Notes under the pieces: generated by a model
Told to the model about the DNA's origin: nothing
What the model saw: only the letters and a program-made list of their open reading frames with translations
Database searches by the model: none
Assembly: GCA_963827685.1 (NCBI GenBank)
Contig: CAWHBU010000006.1
Span: forward strand, 497,932 to 561,931
Reading direction: 5' to 3'
Length of the DNA: 64,000 nucleotides
Source of the DNA: an uncultured delta proteobacterium
GTDB taxonomy: Bacteria > Desulfobacterota > BSN033 > UBA1163
Part shown: piece after piece, positions 9,372-20,296 of the stretch
How the letters are laid out: each line of letters starts with the position of its first letter
Position numbering within the stretch: the stretch's first letter is position 1
Program-made: the position numbers and the translations under genes

Positions 9372-9805
9372 TTACCCAGGGCGGAATGCATTTATAAACA
9401 ATTTATGAATCAAAAAATTAACACGCATTATTTAAAAATGATAAAGACAAAGGGACAGATCTGGGGGACGTTGCTCAATTCTTTCACTTTTCGTCTCACC
9501 TTCTCGAAAAATTCACATGAACTATGTAGCTCTCAGATCTTCCGGAGATGCAATTGTCCGTATATTTGGGAAGAGGGGTTAGTCCATGAGTCCATGAAAT
9601 TCCTTCTAATCATTTTTCAATCTCATAAGGGCGATATTCTCAAAATCTCGGACTGACCCCATCTTCTGCTCGGCAAGGTTATTGATCTGGCAGAGGAGGG
9701 AGGCATAAATTGGAATGTTTCACAAGATTGAGAGATATTCGAGATGAGTGGAGGCCGAGTCAGAGTGGGGGAAAAACACGCATATCGCAAACTGGGGTTT
9801 CAAAT

Positions 9806-10768
9806 CTAAAGCTTGATTTCGATGGCGGCTTTTTCTTTCAAGGTGCTGAGATATTGTTTAAGGGCCTTCGCCATTTCACCTTCATAATAATCCGCCCGAA
9901 CTTTCTCCTTAACTTCCTCAAAAGGAAGAGGTTCCAATCCTTTTCGATCGAGGAGTTTGATAATATGGAAACCAAATTCCGTTCGGACGATCTCACTTAC
10001 CTCTCCGACCTTGAGACGCAGCGCCTCTCTTTCAAAGGCAGGGAGGAGTTCTCCCTTCTTAAAATAACTTAAATCTCCCCGATTCTTACTCGATGCATCT
10101 CCTGAATAGAGAAGAGCCATCTCCCCAAAATCCTCTCCCCTTTTAATTTTTTGTAAGACTCCCTGAGCCTTCTTCCTAATATTACGAATCTCCTCCGGTG
10201 TTGCCCCTTTTGGAACGACGAATAAGATGTGGCTGGGTCGATAGGTTTCATTGGTTCGATAGCGACCGACATTCTTTTGATAAAATTCCATTAACTCTTT
10301 TTCTCCAGGTTTCGCTTCGACCTTCACCGACCAATTGATTAATTTCTGGCGCTGGAGGCCTTTTTCGATCTGTTTCTTATAAGTCTCTAACGTCAGACCT
10401 TCGACGGCTAATGCCTTTTCCAAATCCTCTTGAGTGGCAGCGTTTCGCCGCTTCACTTCCTCCAGAGTGGTTTCTATCTCTTTACTGGAAATTTTGATTC
10501 CAGATTTCTTCACTTCCTGGTCAATCAATTTCTCCTCAATCAGCTTCTCCAACACCTGTCGACAGAGCGCCTCCATTCGTTCCCGCTTCTCCAAACGATC
10601 CTCGGTCACGATCTCTTGTTTGAGAGGGTTAATCCACTTTTCGACTTCGGAGAGGGTGATAATTTCTTGATTGACCACAGCCACCACACGATCAACGACT
10701 GCTTCACTTAATGAAATCGGTCCGCATAAAAAGAGAAGGACCACAAATAGTAAAAGGAACTCTTTCAT
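9806..10768 (-). CDS. surA: SurA-like periplasmic chaperone/parvulin PPIase
   Basis: Signal peptide, VVDRVVAVVNQEIITLSE, SHILF, GDLSYF, TEFGFHII; start reset to ATG 10768. Confidence 0.85.
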   Translation of the reverse strand: MKEFLLLFVVLLFLCGPISLSEAVVDRVVAVVNQEIITLSEVEKWINPLKQEIVTEDRLEKRERMEALCRQVLEKLIEEKLIDQEVKKSGIKISSKEIETTLEEVKRRNAATQEDLEKALAVEGLTLETYKKQIEKGLQRQKLINWSVKVEAKPGEKELMEFYQKNVGRYRTNETYRPSHILFVVPKGATPEEIRNIRKKAQGVLQKIKRGEDFGEMALLYSGDASSKNRGDLSYFKKGELLPAFEREALRLKVGEVSEIVRTEFGFHIIKLLDRKGLEPLPFEEVKEKVRADYYEGEMAKALKQYLSTLKEKAAIEIKL

Positions 10769-10785
10769 CTTCTCGCTTCTCCCTC

Positions 10786-11718
10786 TTATGATCTGAGCCA
10801 TTTCTTGTTGATCTTCACTCTTGCCTTCCGTTTGAGGCCCTTCAACCACTTCTGATAATTCTCCTCCCCCTTCTTTTGCTCAAGCTCCTGCAGAATCCCC
10901 AACCTGGCTTCTTCAAAAGAAATCTGCCGGGGTTCGGTTTTTTCTTCCAATTTGAAAATATGATACCCATACGGGCTTTTGATCACCTCACTGATCGCTC
11001 CAACCTCCATGTTAAAAACACAGTCGAACTCGCTTGGCTTCTCTCCTTGGCTGAAATAGCCCAAATCTCCACCCTGAACCTTTTCAGGCCCCAGAGATTT
11101 CTCCATCGCCACCTTCTCAAAGCGCTCTCCTTTTTTTAGCCGTTTCAGGATCTGTATCGCTTCCTCCCCATCTGCCACAACGATCTGACGTACCCTCACC
11201 TTCTGGCCAATCTGAAATGAGGACCGATGGTCTTCATAATAGCGAAGGGCTTCCTTTTCATCGACTTTCTCTCGGGAATGCAAGACACCCCGGATGACTT
11301 TCTCGGCTAATAATTTTTCTTCCAGCCGGACTTTCCATTCTTCCAGGGTCATCCCCTTGAGATCCAATGTCTCTCCAAATCCTCCCCCAGAATAATCCAT
11401 TTTTATTTCAGAAATGGCCTGATTCAACTCTTCCGGAGAGATCTTGACTCCCAAGCGTCGGGCCTCCTGGACGAGAATCTTGCGTTCGATCACCTGATCG
11501 AGATAAGCCTGCCTCAGGTTTCCAAGATCTGCTCCTTTCGCCTCCCTACCTGGTTCTAATATCAACTCCTTCAACTCACGGTCAAATTCTTCAACCGAGA
11601 TCTGTTCCTCATTGACTTGAGCGATAATATGCTCAGGGAGTCCCGTTTCCCACAGGTCACATCCGCACGGGAAAAATAATAGGAGGGTTAAGATAAGGAG
11701 GGCGGAAAATTTCTTCAT
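10786..11718 (-). CDS. PpiC/parvulin PPIase, probable lipoprotein
   Basis: Lipobox-like PCGC, VRQIVV, GGDLGYF, SPYGYHIF. Confidence 0.85.
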   Translation of the reverse strand: MKKFSALLILTLLLFFPCGCDLWETGLPEHIIAQVNEEQISVEEFDRELKELILEPGREAKGADLGNLRQAYLDQVIERKILVQEARRLGVKISPEELNQAISEIKMDYSGGGFGETLDLKGMTLEEWKVRLEEKLLAEKVIRGVLHSREKVDEKEALRYYEDHRSSFQIGQKVRVRQIVVADGEEAIQILKRLKKGERFEKVAMEKSLGPEKVQGGDLGYFSQGEKPSEFDCVFNMEVGAISEVIKSPYGYHIFKLEEKTEPRQISFEEARLGILQELEQKKGEENYQKWLKGLKRKARVKINKKWLRS

Positions 11719-12626
11719 TTCTTCCCTTCTTTTGGTTTCACCTCCTTTTTCTCCTCTTCAGTCCACAGCTTCTCATTGACGAGCACCTTGGCTTTCGATT
11801 TTGCTTCCTTCACATATTCAAGATAGGCGTCCTGCCTTTTCTTCGGCTGGAGAAAAAAGTGGATCCTTTCTTTGACTTGATTCAGGGGCCTCAAGGTGCT
11901 CCCCCGCATATCTTCCAATCGGATGATATGGTATCCATAGGGCGTGCTGATCACCTCACTGATCTCCCCTCTCTTTCTGAGGGAAAAGGCCGCTTCTTCA
12001 AACTGAGCAAAGGGAGGGGCCAACTGCCCTCGGCGAATATAGCCAAGATTTCCCCCATCCTCCTTGAATTTACCGATATTGTAGGTAGAGGCTAACTTCT
12101 CAAAACTTTCACCCTGCGAAAGTTTCGTCACCACTTCCTTCAGAGCAGGCTCCGTATTGACAACAATGTGACGAATCTTTATCTCCTGCGGTTCCGTAAA
12201 AAGGGCTTGGTTCTCTTTATAGTACCGTTGAATCTCCTCATCTGAGACTTCCCCTCTTCCTCTCAATCCCTCTTCGAGAAGGGCTTCGATGAGGATCGCC
12301 CTTCTCGCATCTTCGATCTTAGCCTGAGTTTCTTTATTCTTATCCAGGCCTCTCTTCTTGGCTTCCTGGTAGAGCACCTCTCGGGGGATCACATAATTTT
12401 CGAGAAAATCTCTTGTCCCCTTCTCGCTCAACAACCTCATCTTTCCTTCCAAGGGTTGCTTTTCCAACATCTGCTGAAATTCTTCCAGAGAGATGGAGAC
12501 ATTGTTGATCCTGACCAGTTCCTTCTCCCCTAACGCCTTCTCCCCTGATTTCTGACAGCCCGAAATCAAGAAAGAAAGGGAGAGCAAAATTCCTAAAAAA
12601 ATCAGTCTCTTCATCATCGCCCTCAC
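11715..12626 (-). CDS. PpiC/parvulin PPIase, probable lipoprotein
   Basis: ISGC lipobox, IRHIVV, GGNLGYI, TPYGYHII. Confidence 0.85.
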   Translation of the reverse strand: MRAMMKRLIFLGILLSLSFLISGCQKSGEKALGEKELVRINNVSISLEEFQQMLEKQPLEGKMRLLSEKGTRDFLENYVIPREVLYQEAKKRGLDKNKETQAKIEDARRAILIEALLEEGLRGRGEVSDEEIQRYYKENQALFTEPQEIKIRHIVVNTEPALKEVVTKLSQGESFEKLASTYNIGKFKEDGGNLGYIRRGQLAPPFAQFEEAAFSLRKRGEISEVISTPYGYHIIRLEDMRGSTLRPLNQVKERIHFFLQPKKRQDAYLEYVKEAKSKAKVLVNEKLWTEEEKKEVKPKEGKK

Positions 12627-12715
12627 CTTGTGAATCTATCAATAAGCTTATTTCCCCTTCTTTATGGAGCCCGAAGTCCCCCGTCTAAGGTCGGGACAGG
12701 CCGGCCAAAAGCCGT

Positions 12716-12782
12716 GCCTGCACGCCGAAGTGCCTGCTTTCGCCGTAATGCCTTCTGCAGGTAGGCGTTACGGCACGCAGGC
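12716..12782. repeat. Nested GCCTGC...GCAGGC palindromic element
   Basis: Outer GCCTGCACGCCG/CGGCACGCAGGC; inner GCCGTAATGCCT/AGGCGTTACGGC (12742-12774). Confidence 0.65.
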
Positions 12783-12831
12783 GTAGCCTCCCCTGCCGGG
12801 GCCAAAAAGGGGCACGATGATATTTACCATA

Positions 12832-15800
12832 TCAAGCCAATGCTTGCAATAGCTTTTTAGCCGCCCCGAAAGGATCTCGCCTTGCATCAGGCCACCCTTC
12901 AATAACCAATTTAGAGTCCGGGGTGAATCGATGCTTACCCTCCCCTTGCTGTACAAGATCCACTACCCTTTGTGGAGAAACCCGGGTGCTCTCGTCAAAG
13001 GTGAGCACAAACTGAGAAGGAGTCTGTTCAAACTTTTTGATCGACATTCTCGTCAGGAGGATTTTCACCTTGATCACCTCCAGGAGATGATCCACCTCTT
13101 TGGGAATCTTCCCAAATCGGTCGATCAGTTCCTCTCGAGTCATCTCCACCTCTTCCTCGGAACGAGAAAGAGAAAGCCTTCGATAGAGACTCAGTCGCTC
13201 TCCCGGATCCTCCACATAGGCCTCCGGAATGAAGGCGGGAAGATGGAAGTGAATCTCCGGAGTAATCTCTTCGACAACTTCCTCCCCTTTTAATTCCCTG
13301 ACTGCCTTCTCCATTAATTGGGTGTAGAGTTCAAATCCCACGGCAGTGATGTGCCCGGATTGCGATGGCCCCAGAAGGTTTCCCGCTCCCCGAATCTCCA
13401 AATCTTGAATGGCCAGTTTGAATCCGGAACCCAGCTCACTCAATTCTTGAATCGCCCGGAGCCTTCTCATGGCATCGTTGGAAAGGATGAGATCTCCTGG
13501 AGTGATAAGATAAGCATAGGCTTGGTGGCTCCCCCGTCCCACCCGGCCACGAATTTGATAGAGGTCTGCCAGACCAAAACGCTCCGCGTGATTGATCAAG
13601 ATGGTGTTGGCGGTCGGGATATCCAAACCGGATTCGATGATACTGGTACAGACGAGAAGATTCACTTCCTTCCTGACGAATTGGAGCATCACCTTCTCCA
13701 ATTCCCTTTCCCTCATCTGACCATGAGCAATGGCCAGAGAGGCCTCTGGAACAAGCTGTTTCAAATGGTGAGCGATCGTATGGATGTTTTGAACGCGATG
13801 ATGGACGAAGAAGACTTGCCCCCCTCGATCGAACTCCCTCTGGATGGCATCTCGGATGACTTCGTCATCATAACGGGTCACGAAAGTCCGAATCGACAGG
13901 CGATTTTCAGGGGGGGTCTGGATGAGACTGAGATCCCGAATTCCGGAGACAGCCATCTGAAGCGTCCTCGGAATAGGGGTTGCCGTGAGCGTGATCACAT
14001 CCACCAATTTTCTCATCTGCTTCAATTTCTCCTTATGGGAGACGCCGAATCGATGCTCCTCATCAATCACCACCAGCCCCAGATCCCGGAAGGACACATC
14101 TTTCTGCAAAAGTCGGTGGGTCCCGATCACAATATCCACCTTCCCTTCTCTCAGCCGTTGAAGGATCTCCTTCTGCTCCCGGGGACTTTTAAACCGGCTC
14201 AATACCTCGATCACCACCGGATAAAGCTTGAAGCGTTCGCGAAAGGTCTGGTGGTGCTGTTGGGCCAGAACCGTGGTAGGGACTAAAATAGCGACCTGTT
14301 TTCCGCTCATCACGGCACGATAGGCCGCCCGGAGTGCCACCTCTGTCTTACCATATCCCACATCTCCACAGATCAAGCGATCCATCGGCTTGGGGCTGCT
14401 CATATCTTTCGTCACCGTATCAATCGCTTCCATCTGATCCGGGGTCTCCTCATATTCAAACGCGGCTTCAAACTCTTTATAAAACTGGTCTAAGGGAGGA
14501 AATTTGAAACCCTCGAAAACCTGTCTGGCTGCATAGAGGTCCAGGAGTTCTTTCACCATCTCTGAAACAGCAGCCTTCGCCTTCTTCTTCGCCCTCTGCC
14601 ACGAATGGCTTCCCAGTTTATCCAGTCCGGGGGGTTTTCCGTCTCCTCCAATATAGCGTTGAATTAAATTGAGCCGGTCCACGGGAAGATAGAGTTTATC
14701 TCCATCCTGATATTCTAAGAGCAGGTAGTCGTTCGAGACCCCTCCAATCTTCAAATGCCTCAGTCCTCTATAATGACCGATCCCGTAGTCGATATGGACG
14801 ATGAAATCATCTTCTCGAAGTTCACGGTATGCAGAGAGGGTCGGGCTCCCTCTCTGCCATGAAGCAGAAGCCATGGAAGTCCGAATCCTCCCTTCGGGAA
14901 GCCTCCTTCTCTCGCCAAAGATTTCCTCTTCGGTCAGAATCACCCACCCCTCCCAAAGGTTTCGAAACCCTGAGGAGAGGGAGCCGACAAGAAGAACAAG
15001 ACTTCCTCCGGATGGATCGAGGGCCTCTCCGAACCTCTTCGCTTTTTCCAGGCGTGGTTCCACTCCATACTCGGAGAAAAGTTCTCTCAATCGCTCAGCC
15101 TGACCCGGGGTATGGGAAACGACAAAGACCCCCATTCCTTTTGCCTGCCAGTCATGAAGGTTCTTCAGGAGGATTGAAAAAGGAGAAGTTTCCGGGAAAC
15201 CGGCTTTTGAAGCGAGGACGGTTTTCATCTCCCTCTGGAGATTCTCATTGCTCTCCATCTCAAAAGAAAAAACTTGTTGACACGGGGAAGGCGCGAGGGG
15301 CCCTCCTTGAAGATAGACCGTTTGAAATTTTTCTAAACGAAGGGAGACCTCTTCATCGCGAAGATAAACGGTTTCTGGCGGGAGCACAGATTTCTTTTTT
15401 AACAAGGCCTTCTCATAATGTTCTTCAATCAGACGAGAAAAGGCCTCGACCTCTTTCTCCACTTCGTCACCTTCTTCAATAAAGACGATTTCATTCCCTT
15501 TCAGGTAGTCCAAAAGTGTCTTCAAAGGTTGAACGGCGGCATCTCTTGAAATATCCCTTGTCGGGAGAAGGATGGCATTTCCCATCACCCCCTGCGGAAG
15601 AGAACGCTGAGTCTCTATCTCGAATAAGCGAATGGACTCTAATCGGTCTCCATCAAATTCCAATCGAAGGGGTTCTTCATAAAATGGAGTAGAAAGGTCG
15701 ATGATGGCCCCCCGGACGCTAAAATCTCCCCTCTCTTCCACAATCTTTGCCGGGAGATATCCTCCTTCATGAAGAAAATGGATCACTCGGTCACGATCCA

Positions 15801-16242
15801 CCTCTTCGCCCACCGAGAGAGAAAAAACAGATTCTTTTAAATCGACTGGAGCCAGAACCTTCTGCATCAAAGCCTTGATGGAAGAGACGATCACTGCTTC
15901 CTCCCCTTTGAGAAGGGAAAAAAGGACTCTCACCCGCTCCCTGGTGATTTCGGGATGAGGAGGGATTTCATCGTAAGGGAGGGTTTCCCATTGAGGGAAG
16001 AGAAAAGATGGAACCTCCGAATCTTTCATAAAAAATCGGAGATCTTCGAGGAGGACCTCCGCATTCCTCAGGTGGGGGACGATGACCAACAAAGGCCCCC
16101 TCACCTTATCTCTCCAACGAGACAAAAGATAGGCCTTGGAAGAACCCGCAAGACCGGTCAATCCAATACGCTTCCATTCTCTCCAGGGTTCTGAGCCGAA
16201 CCACGAATCAATGGAAAGGTTTCTCTGTGACCATTCATCCAT
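12832..16242 (-). CDS. mfd: Transcription-repair coupling factor
   Basis: GDFSVRGAIID, CarD-like VHIDYGIG, GDVGYGKTEVA, IDEEHRFG, TATPIPRT, QIRGRVGR. Confidence 0.97.
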   Translation of the reverse strand: MDEWSQRNLSIDSWFGSEPWREWKRIGLTGLAGSSKAYLLSRWRDKVRGPLLVIVPHLRNAEVLLEDLRFFMKDSEVPSFLFPQWETLPYDEIPPHPEITRERVRVLFSLLKGEEAVIVSSIKALMQKVLAPVDLKESVFSLSVGEEVDRDRVIHFLHEGGYLPAKIVEERGDFSVRGAIIDLSTPFYEEPLRLEFDGDRLESIRLFEIETQRSLPQGVMGNAILLPTRDISRDAAVQPLKTLLDYLKGNEIVFIEEGDEVEKEVEAFSRLIEEHYEKALLKKKSVLPPETVYLRDEEVSLRLEKFQTVYLQGGPLAPSPCQQVFSFEMESNENLQREMKTVLASKAGFPETSPFSILLKNLHDWQAKGMGVFVVSHTPGQAERLRELFSEYGVEPRLEKAKRFGEALDPSGGSLVLLVGSLSSGFRNLWEGWVILTEEEIFGERRRLPEGRIRTSMASASWQRGSPTLSAYRELREDDFIVHIDYGIGHYRGLRHLKIGGVSNDYLLLEYQDGDKLYLPVDRLNLIQRYIGGDGKPPGLDKLGSHSWQRAKKKAKAAVSEMVKELLDLYAARQVFEGFKFPPLDQFYKEFEAAFEYEETPDQMEAIDTVTKDMSSPKPMDRLICGDVGYGKTEVALRAAYRAVMSGKQVAILVPTTVLAQQHHQTFRERFKLYPVVIEVLSRFKSPREQKEILQRLREGKVDIVIGTHRLLQKDVSFRDLGLVVIDEEHRFGVSHKEKLKQMRKLVDVITLTATPIPRTLQMAVSGIRDLSLIQTPPENRLSIRTFVTRYDDEVIRDAIQREFDRGGQVFFVHHRVQNIHTIAHHLKQLVPEASLAIAHGQMRERELEKVMLQFVRKEVNLLVCTSIIESGLDIPTANTILINHAERFGLADLYQIRGRVGRGSHQAYAYLITPGDLILSNDAMRRLRAIQELSELGSGFKLAIQDLEIRGAGNLLGPSQSGHITAVGFELYTQLMEKAVRELKGEEVVEEITPEIHFHLPAFIPEAYVEDPGERLSLYRRLSLSRSEEEVEMTREELIDRFGKIPKEVDHLLEVIKVKILLTRMSIKKFEQTPSQFVLTFDESTRVSPQRVVDLVQQGEGKHRFTPDSKLVIEGWPDARRDPFGAAKKLLQALA

Positions 16243-16288
16243 ATTTATCTATTTTCCATTTAAAGTGGCAAATGTGTCAAGTTAGGAT

Positions 16289-16538
16289 AAGCACCAAATC
16301 CCAAGCACCTGCCTGCGCGAAGCCGCTCTCGCCTGCCAAAGAACTTGTCCGGCGAGTAGTTCGGCGAAGGCAGGCCAAATAACAAATAATGACCAAAGCT
16401 CCAATGACCGAAATTTAAATCCCCTCACCCCGTCCCTCTCCCCTCAGGGGAGAGGGGAAGGGTGAGGGGCGGGTTGGGTTATTTGGACATTGGGAGTTTG
16501 AAATTTATTTGGAATTTGTGACTTGGAAATTGGGATTT
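16289..16538. repeat. Composite intergenic repeat: degenerate heptamer inverted arms with nested CCTGCC..GGCAGG (16308-16374) and CCCTCTCCC/GGGAGAGGG (16420-16470) elements
   Basis: CCAAAT-rich left arm, ATTTGG-rich right arm, internal palindromes. Confidence 0.65.
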
Positions 16539-16568
16539 CAAGAAATCGTTTGGGGATGATTGCCCCCG

Positions 16569-17054
16569 TCATCTCCCTCTGCGTGATCGATAGAACCGAA
16601 TCCATTTTAAGGAGAGAGGATAGGCAACGAAACTGAGGAGGGTGCAGAGAATTAATGAACCGATCCCAAAAGAGAGGAGGAGACCCGATTGAGATGTGAT
16701 ACGACTCCAAAAATTTGAACTTATAAATTCATGATCCATTCCAAATTGAAAAATCCCCTTGAGTGTCGCCCAATCAATCCAAAACCCTGTCACCCGCATT
16801 CCTACCCATGTAGCAATCACATAATATGGGACGATCCACCAAGGATTGTTTGTCCAGACTCCTAAAAGAATGGCCACCCGGTTCAAACCGAATAGAAAAG
16901 CAATCGCCAAACCAACAAGGGTGTGAAGACCCAAAAATGGCGAAAAACCCAAGAAGATGCCGATGGCATAGGCCAAGGCCGTTCTTTCAGGGGTATCTTC
17001 GATATGGAGAAGTTTTTTAATCAAGTCTTTGAAACCAGTCATCCGACGATCCAT
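16569..17054 (-). CDS. DUF2062-family membrane protein
   Basis: TPERTALAYAIGIFLGFSPFLGLHT, NNPW motif. Confidence 0.8.
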   Translation of the reverse strand: MDRRMTGFKDLIKKLLHIEDTPERTALAYAIGIFLGFSPFLGLHTLVGLAIAFLFGLNRVAILLGVWTNNPWWIVPYYVIATWVGMRVTGFWIDWATLKGIFQFGMDHEFISSNFWSRITSQSGLLLSFGIGSLILCTLLSFVAYPLSLKWIRFYRSRRGR

Positions 17055-17063
17055 AAGGATTGC

Positions 17064-17133
17064 TGTCTTTCCTGCGAAAGCAGGAATCCATTATCCTCAT
17101 TGGTCCTGGATTCCCGTTTTCACGGGAATGACA
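17064..17133. repeat. GTC(A/T)TTCC.GCGAA.GC.GGAATCCA...TGGATTCC..GGAATGAC double-hairpin repeat
   Basis: Same family as 5604-5668. Confidence 0.75.
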
Positions 17134-17146
17134 CTTCCGCTCTATT

Positions 17147-17845
17147 TCAATCCGGGTGCGCGGAAAACCAGAGACATTCAATGCTCAGAAGACACTTATT
17201 ACACTCAGGCTTCCTTACCTTACAAATAGATCTTCCAAATCGGATGAGGTTGAGGTGAAGTGACAAGGACTTTTCCTTCGGGATGAGGGAAATCATCCAT
17301 AAATGAGCCTTTTCTGCATCCATCCGTTCCGGAATGAAACCGAGACGCTTCCCAATCCGAAGGATATGAGTATCAACTGGAAAGGCCTCCCTTTCAAGAC
17401 CAAAGAGTAGGAGGCAGTGAAGCGTCTTAGGACCGATCCCTTTCAGGGCGCCAATCATTTTCTTAATCTCCCCAGAATCCATCTTTTTTAAGAACGAAAG
17501 ACTCAATCTCCCCTCACGTTTTTTGATCCAATGAAGGATTTCACGGATACGCCTTGCCTTTTGTTCAGCCAATCCACCCGGTCGAATAGCTGAAACGATA
17601 CTTTTTGTTTTCGCCTCCAGGACATCCTCCCAGCGGGGAAAGCGTTTTTTCAACCTCTGATAAGCTTTGTCTCGATTTTGATCGTTGGTATTCTGCGAAA
17701 GAATGGTTTCGATGAGAATATTAAGAGGGTTCTCGAGACCCTTTCTCCGGGGGATGCCGTATTGCTTTTCCAGAAGGAGGGTAATTTTTCTTACCTTTGC
17801 TTTTAGATCCTCACATCCTTGCCATCGCTTCTTTGATCTTCTCAC
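17147..17845 (-). CDS. nth: Endonuclease III-like HhH-GPD DNA glycosylase with [4Fe-4S]
   Basis: ILSQNTND, LKGIGPKT, FPVDTHI, C-x6-C-x2-C-x5-C. Confidence 0.85.
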   Translation of the reverse strand: MRRSKKRWQGCEDLKAKVRKITLLLEKQYGIPRRKGLENPLNILIETILSQNTNDQNRDKAYQRLKKRFPRWEDVLEAKTKSIVSAIRPGGLAEQKARRIREILHWIKKREGRLSLSFLKKMDSGEIKKMIGALKGIGPKTLHCLLLFGLEREAFPVDTHILRIGKRLGFIPERMDAEKAHLWMISLIPKEKSLSLHLNLIRFGRSICKVRKPECNKCLLSIECLWFSAHPD

Positions 17846-19013
17846 TCAGTTGTCCTTTGAGAAAGTCCTTGATCCTTGTCTTGACCTTCCTCACAAACCC
17901 CTGATAAGTTTCTCTCCCCGCCAATGTCTGAAGATAGAACTCCCCCATTTCAGGATAGCGTTTCAGAGTTCGATAGGCTAATTTCGTAAAACGAAAAACG
18001 AAATGAGATAGAATGAGCGCCCATTTCAGGTTTCCATAGATATCATCATGAACTGCTCTTTGATAAAAATCAGAAGGAGCCATCTCCCCCTTTTTCCATT
18101 CCATGATCGCCTCACCAGCCAGCATCCCGCTTCGAACGGCATAGTAAATCCCCTCTCCTTGCAGGGGATCCATCAGATGGGCCGCATCGCCGACAAGAAG
18201 AATTCTTCCCTGCGAGACCTTCTGTTTTTCATCATAAAAAGAAGGGAGGGGATGACCCGTGATCTTTCCTGTCTTCCCTTCCGGGATATAGTCCAACCCT
18301 TTGAGGAAGGATTTGAAGTATTGGCGAGGATTCATCTTCTTCGTTTCTCTAAACATTCCGCCGATGCCGATGGAGAGCCATTCCTTTTTTGGAAAGACCC
18401 AACCATACCCATTGGGAATTCCCCCAAAATCCAAATGGACGAGCTGGAGTTCCTTTGCGGGGAACGGGATGGAGGAATCAAAAGGGATCTCACTTTCGAT
18501 GGCTATCCCACTTCCATCGCTTTTCTGGGGCCTTAACGATAAAGACCTCGCCACAATACTCTCTGCTCCGTCCGCGCCGATGAGATATCGACAATGAAGC
18601 CTCTCCCCGTCTCCCAACGCCACCTCAACCCCATTCGCCTTTTCCTCTACTCTCGTCACTTTCTCCCCTTCCAGGACGGCCGCTCCCTCCTCTAACGCTT
18701 TGTTGACCAAAAGCTGATCGAAGCGGTCTCTCATCACCAAATATGCAATCGGATCTTTGGATTCGATGAAAAAAGGATCTTTGGAGCAATAAGTGAATTT
18801 TGCTCCGTAGATGGTGTTCTCAACGACTGGACTGAGATCAAAGCCAAGCAGATGGACCGTTTTAGTGGAAAGACAACCCCCGCAGGGTTTGTATCTGGGC
18901 AATCGTTCCTTCTCAATGAGAAGAATCTTTAACCCCGCCTTGGCACAGAACCTCGCCGCCGTCGATCCTCCCGGCCCTCCGCCCACCACAATCACATCGT
19001 AGTCCCAATGCAT
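17811..19013 (-). CDS. Geranylgeranyl reductase-family FAD oxidoreductase
   Basis: VVGGGPGG, RYKPCGG, GADGAES, YGWVFP, GDAA..DPLQGEGI. Confidence 0.88.
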   Translation of the reverse strand: MHWDYDVIVVGGGPGGSTAARFCAKAGLKILLIEKERLPRYKPCGGCLSTKTVHLLGFDLSPVVENTIYGAKFTYCSKDPFFIESKDPIAYLVMRDRFDQLLVNKALEEGAAVLEGEKVTRVEEKANGVEVALGDGERLHCRYLIGADGAESIVARSLSLRPQKSDGSGIAIESEIPFDSSIPFPAKELQLVHLDFGGIPNGYGWVFPKKEWLSIGIGGMFRETKKMNPRQYFKSFLKGLDYIPEGKTGKITGHPLPSFYDEKQKVSQGRILLVGDAAHLMDPLQGEGIYYAVRSGMLAGEAIMEWKKGEMAPSDFYQRAVHDDIYGNLKWALILSHFVFRFTKLAYRTLKRYPEMGEFYLQTLAGRETYQGFVRKVKTRIKDFLKGQLSEKIKEAMARM

Positions 19014-19093
19014 GGCAGTTATCCTACAATCACTTTATCAAAATTACCACGAAACCAAGATTTGTCAACAGATAAGAAAGAATTGGCAAGTTT

Positions 19094-20143
19094 CTATTTT
19101 ATGATCTTCGCCACATATTCAGCGATGGCAGGGGCCGCCGTCAACCCTGGAGATTCAATCCCCAGGAGATGGACCCTTCCCTTTTCTTGCTTCTGGATCA
19201 CAAAATCTGCTTGCAACTCACCATGGCAGTAAACTTTGGGGCGGTTGCCAGAATAGCCCGGATAGATTCTCTGAATATTGAAGTCAGGAACAATGGCAAG
19301 GGCCCCTTTCGCAAATTCCTCACGAGGTGTCTGAATTTCATAATCCTCTCTATCGGATACTTCGACAGCCGAAGGGCCGATCAGGGTTTCTTCTCCAAGC
19401 GTCCGGGTCAGATGGATCCCCAGGCTGTGGGGGGAATCTGGAACAGGGTAGACTAATCCTCTAATCACCTCTTCGGTCGTATTATAGTAATCACCCTTGT
19501 GCGGAACGATTTCGTATCCCTCAAGGCCACACATCTCTGCAATGCTGTCGCTATAAAGTCCTGCGGCATTGATGATCATCTCAGCCTCCATTTCGCCTCG
19601 GGTAGTTGTCAGACTATTATGGTCGTCAATGGATAGGACCTTGCATTGCCTCACGATCGTTACTCCCAGTCCTTTCAGCGTCCTTTCTATGATCCTCATA
19701 TAGGCGGCCATGTCGAGAATCCCCGTTTCAGGAGAGTGGAGGGCTGCCAAGCACCTCACTCGGGGCTCGATCTTCTGAACCTCAGCCTCATTTAACAGCC
19801 TCAGGTTTTCCACGCCGTTTTCGTCACCTCGTTTTCTTAGGTCTTCCAGTGCCTCCAATTCCGAAGAGACGAGGGCTACAATGATCTTCCCGCATTTCCA
19901 ATGGGGGATATTGTGGTTTTGCAGAAATTCATAGGTCAAATGGCGACCTCGAACGCAAAGTCTGGCCTTGAGGGAACCTTGGGGATAATAGATTCCTCCA
20001 TGAATCACACCACTGTTTCGTGTGCTCGTGTGCTCCCCTAAGGCCTTCTCCTTCTCCAAGAGAAAAACCTCTTTCCCCTCTTTCGCCAAACGATAAGCCA
20101 TATGACATCCCACAATGCCTCCGCCGACAACGGCCACTTCCAT
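19094..20143 (-). CDS. LhgO-like FAD-dependent oxidoreductase (DAO family)
   Basis: VVGGGIVG, TSTRNSGVIHGGIYY, LGIHLT, GIESPGLTAA. Confidence 0.85.
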   Translation of the reverse strand: MEVAVVGGGIVGCHMAYRLAKEGKEVFLLEKEKALGEHTSTRNSGVIHGGIYYPQGSLKARLCVRGRHLTYEFLQNHNIPHWKCGKIIVALVSSELEALEDLRKRGDENGVENLRLLNEAEVQKIEPRVRCLAALHSPETGILDMAAYMRIIERTLKGLGVTIVRQCKVLSIDDHNSLTTTRGEMEAEMIINAAGLYSDSIAEMCGLEGYEIVPHKGDYYNTTEEVIRGLVYPVPDSPHSLGIHLTRTLGEETLIGPSAVEVSDREDYEIQTPREEFAKGALAIVPDFNIQRIYPGYSGNRPKVYCHGELQADFVIQKQEKGRVHLLGIESPGLTAAPAIAEYVAKIIK

Positions 20144-20296
20144 GGATGATCCCTTTCCAGAAATGAATTTATTAGGAAATCTATATCATAATCATCTACT
20201 TCATTTAAACCAATTTTTTCTCTTTGTTTAATGCTGAGAGGAATTCCTCCGTCTCGCATTGGAAAACAGCCATCTCTTAGGTATAATGGGGGCGGG

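Noticed and set aside
9360-9656. 98-aa ORF after the cassette
   Set aside because: Starts inside the attC half-site, has no RBS or motifs, and is likely decayed sequence.
13318-14286. 322-aa ORF opposite mfd
   Set aside because: Antisense shadow of the conserved helicase region.
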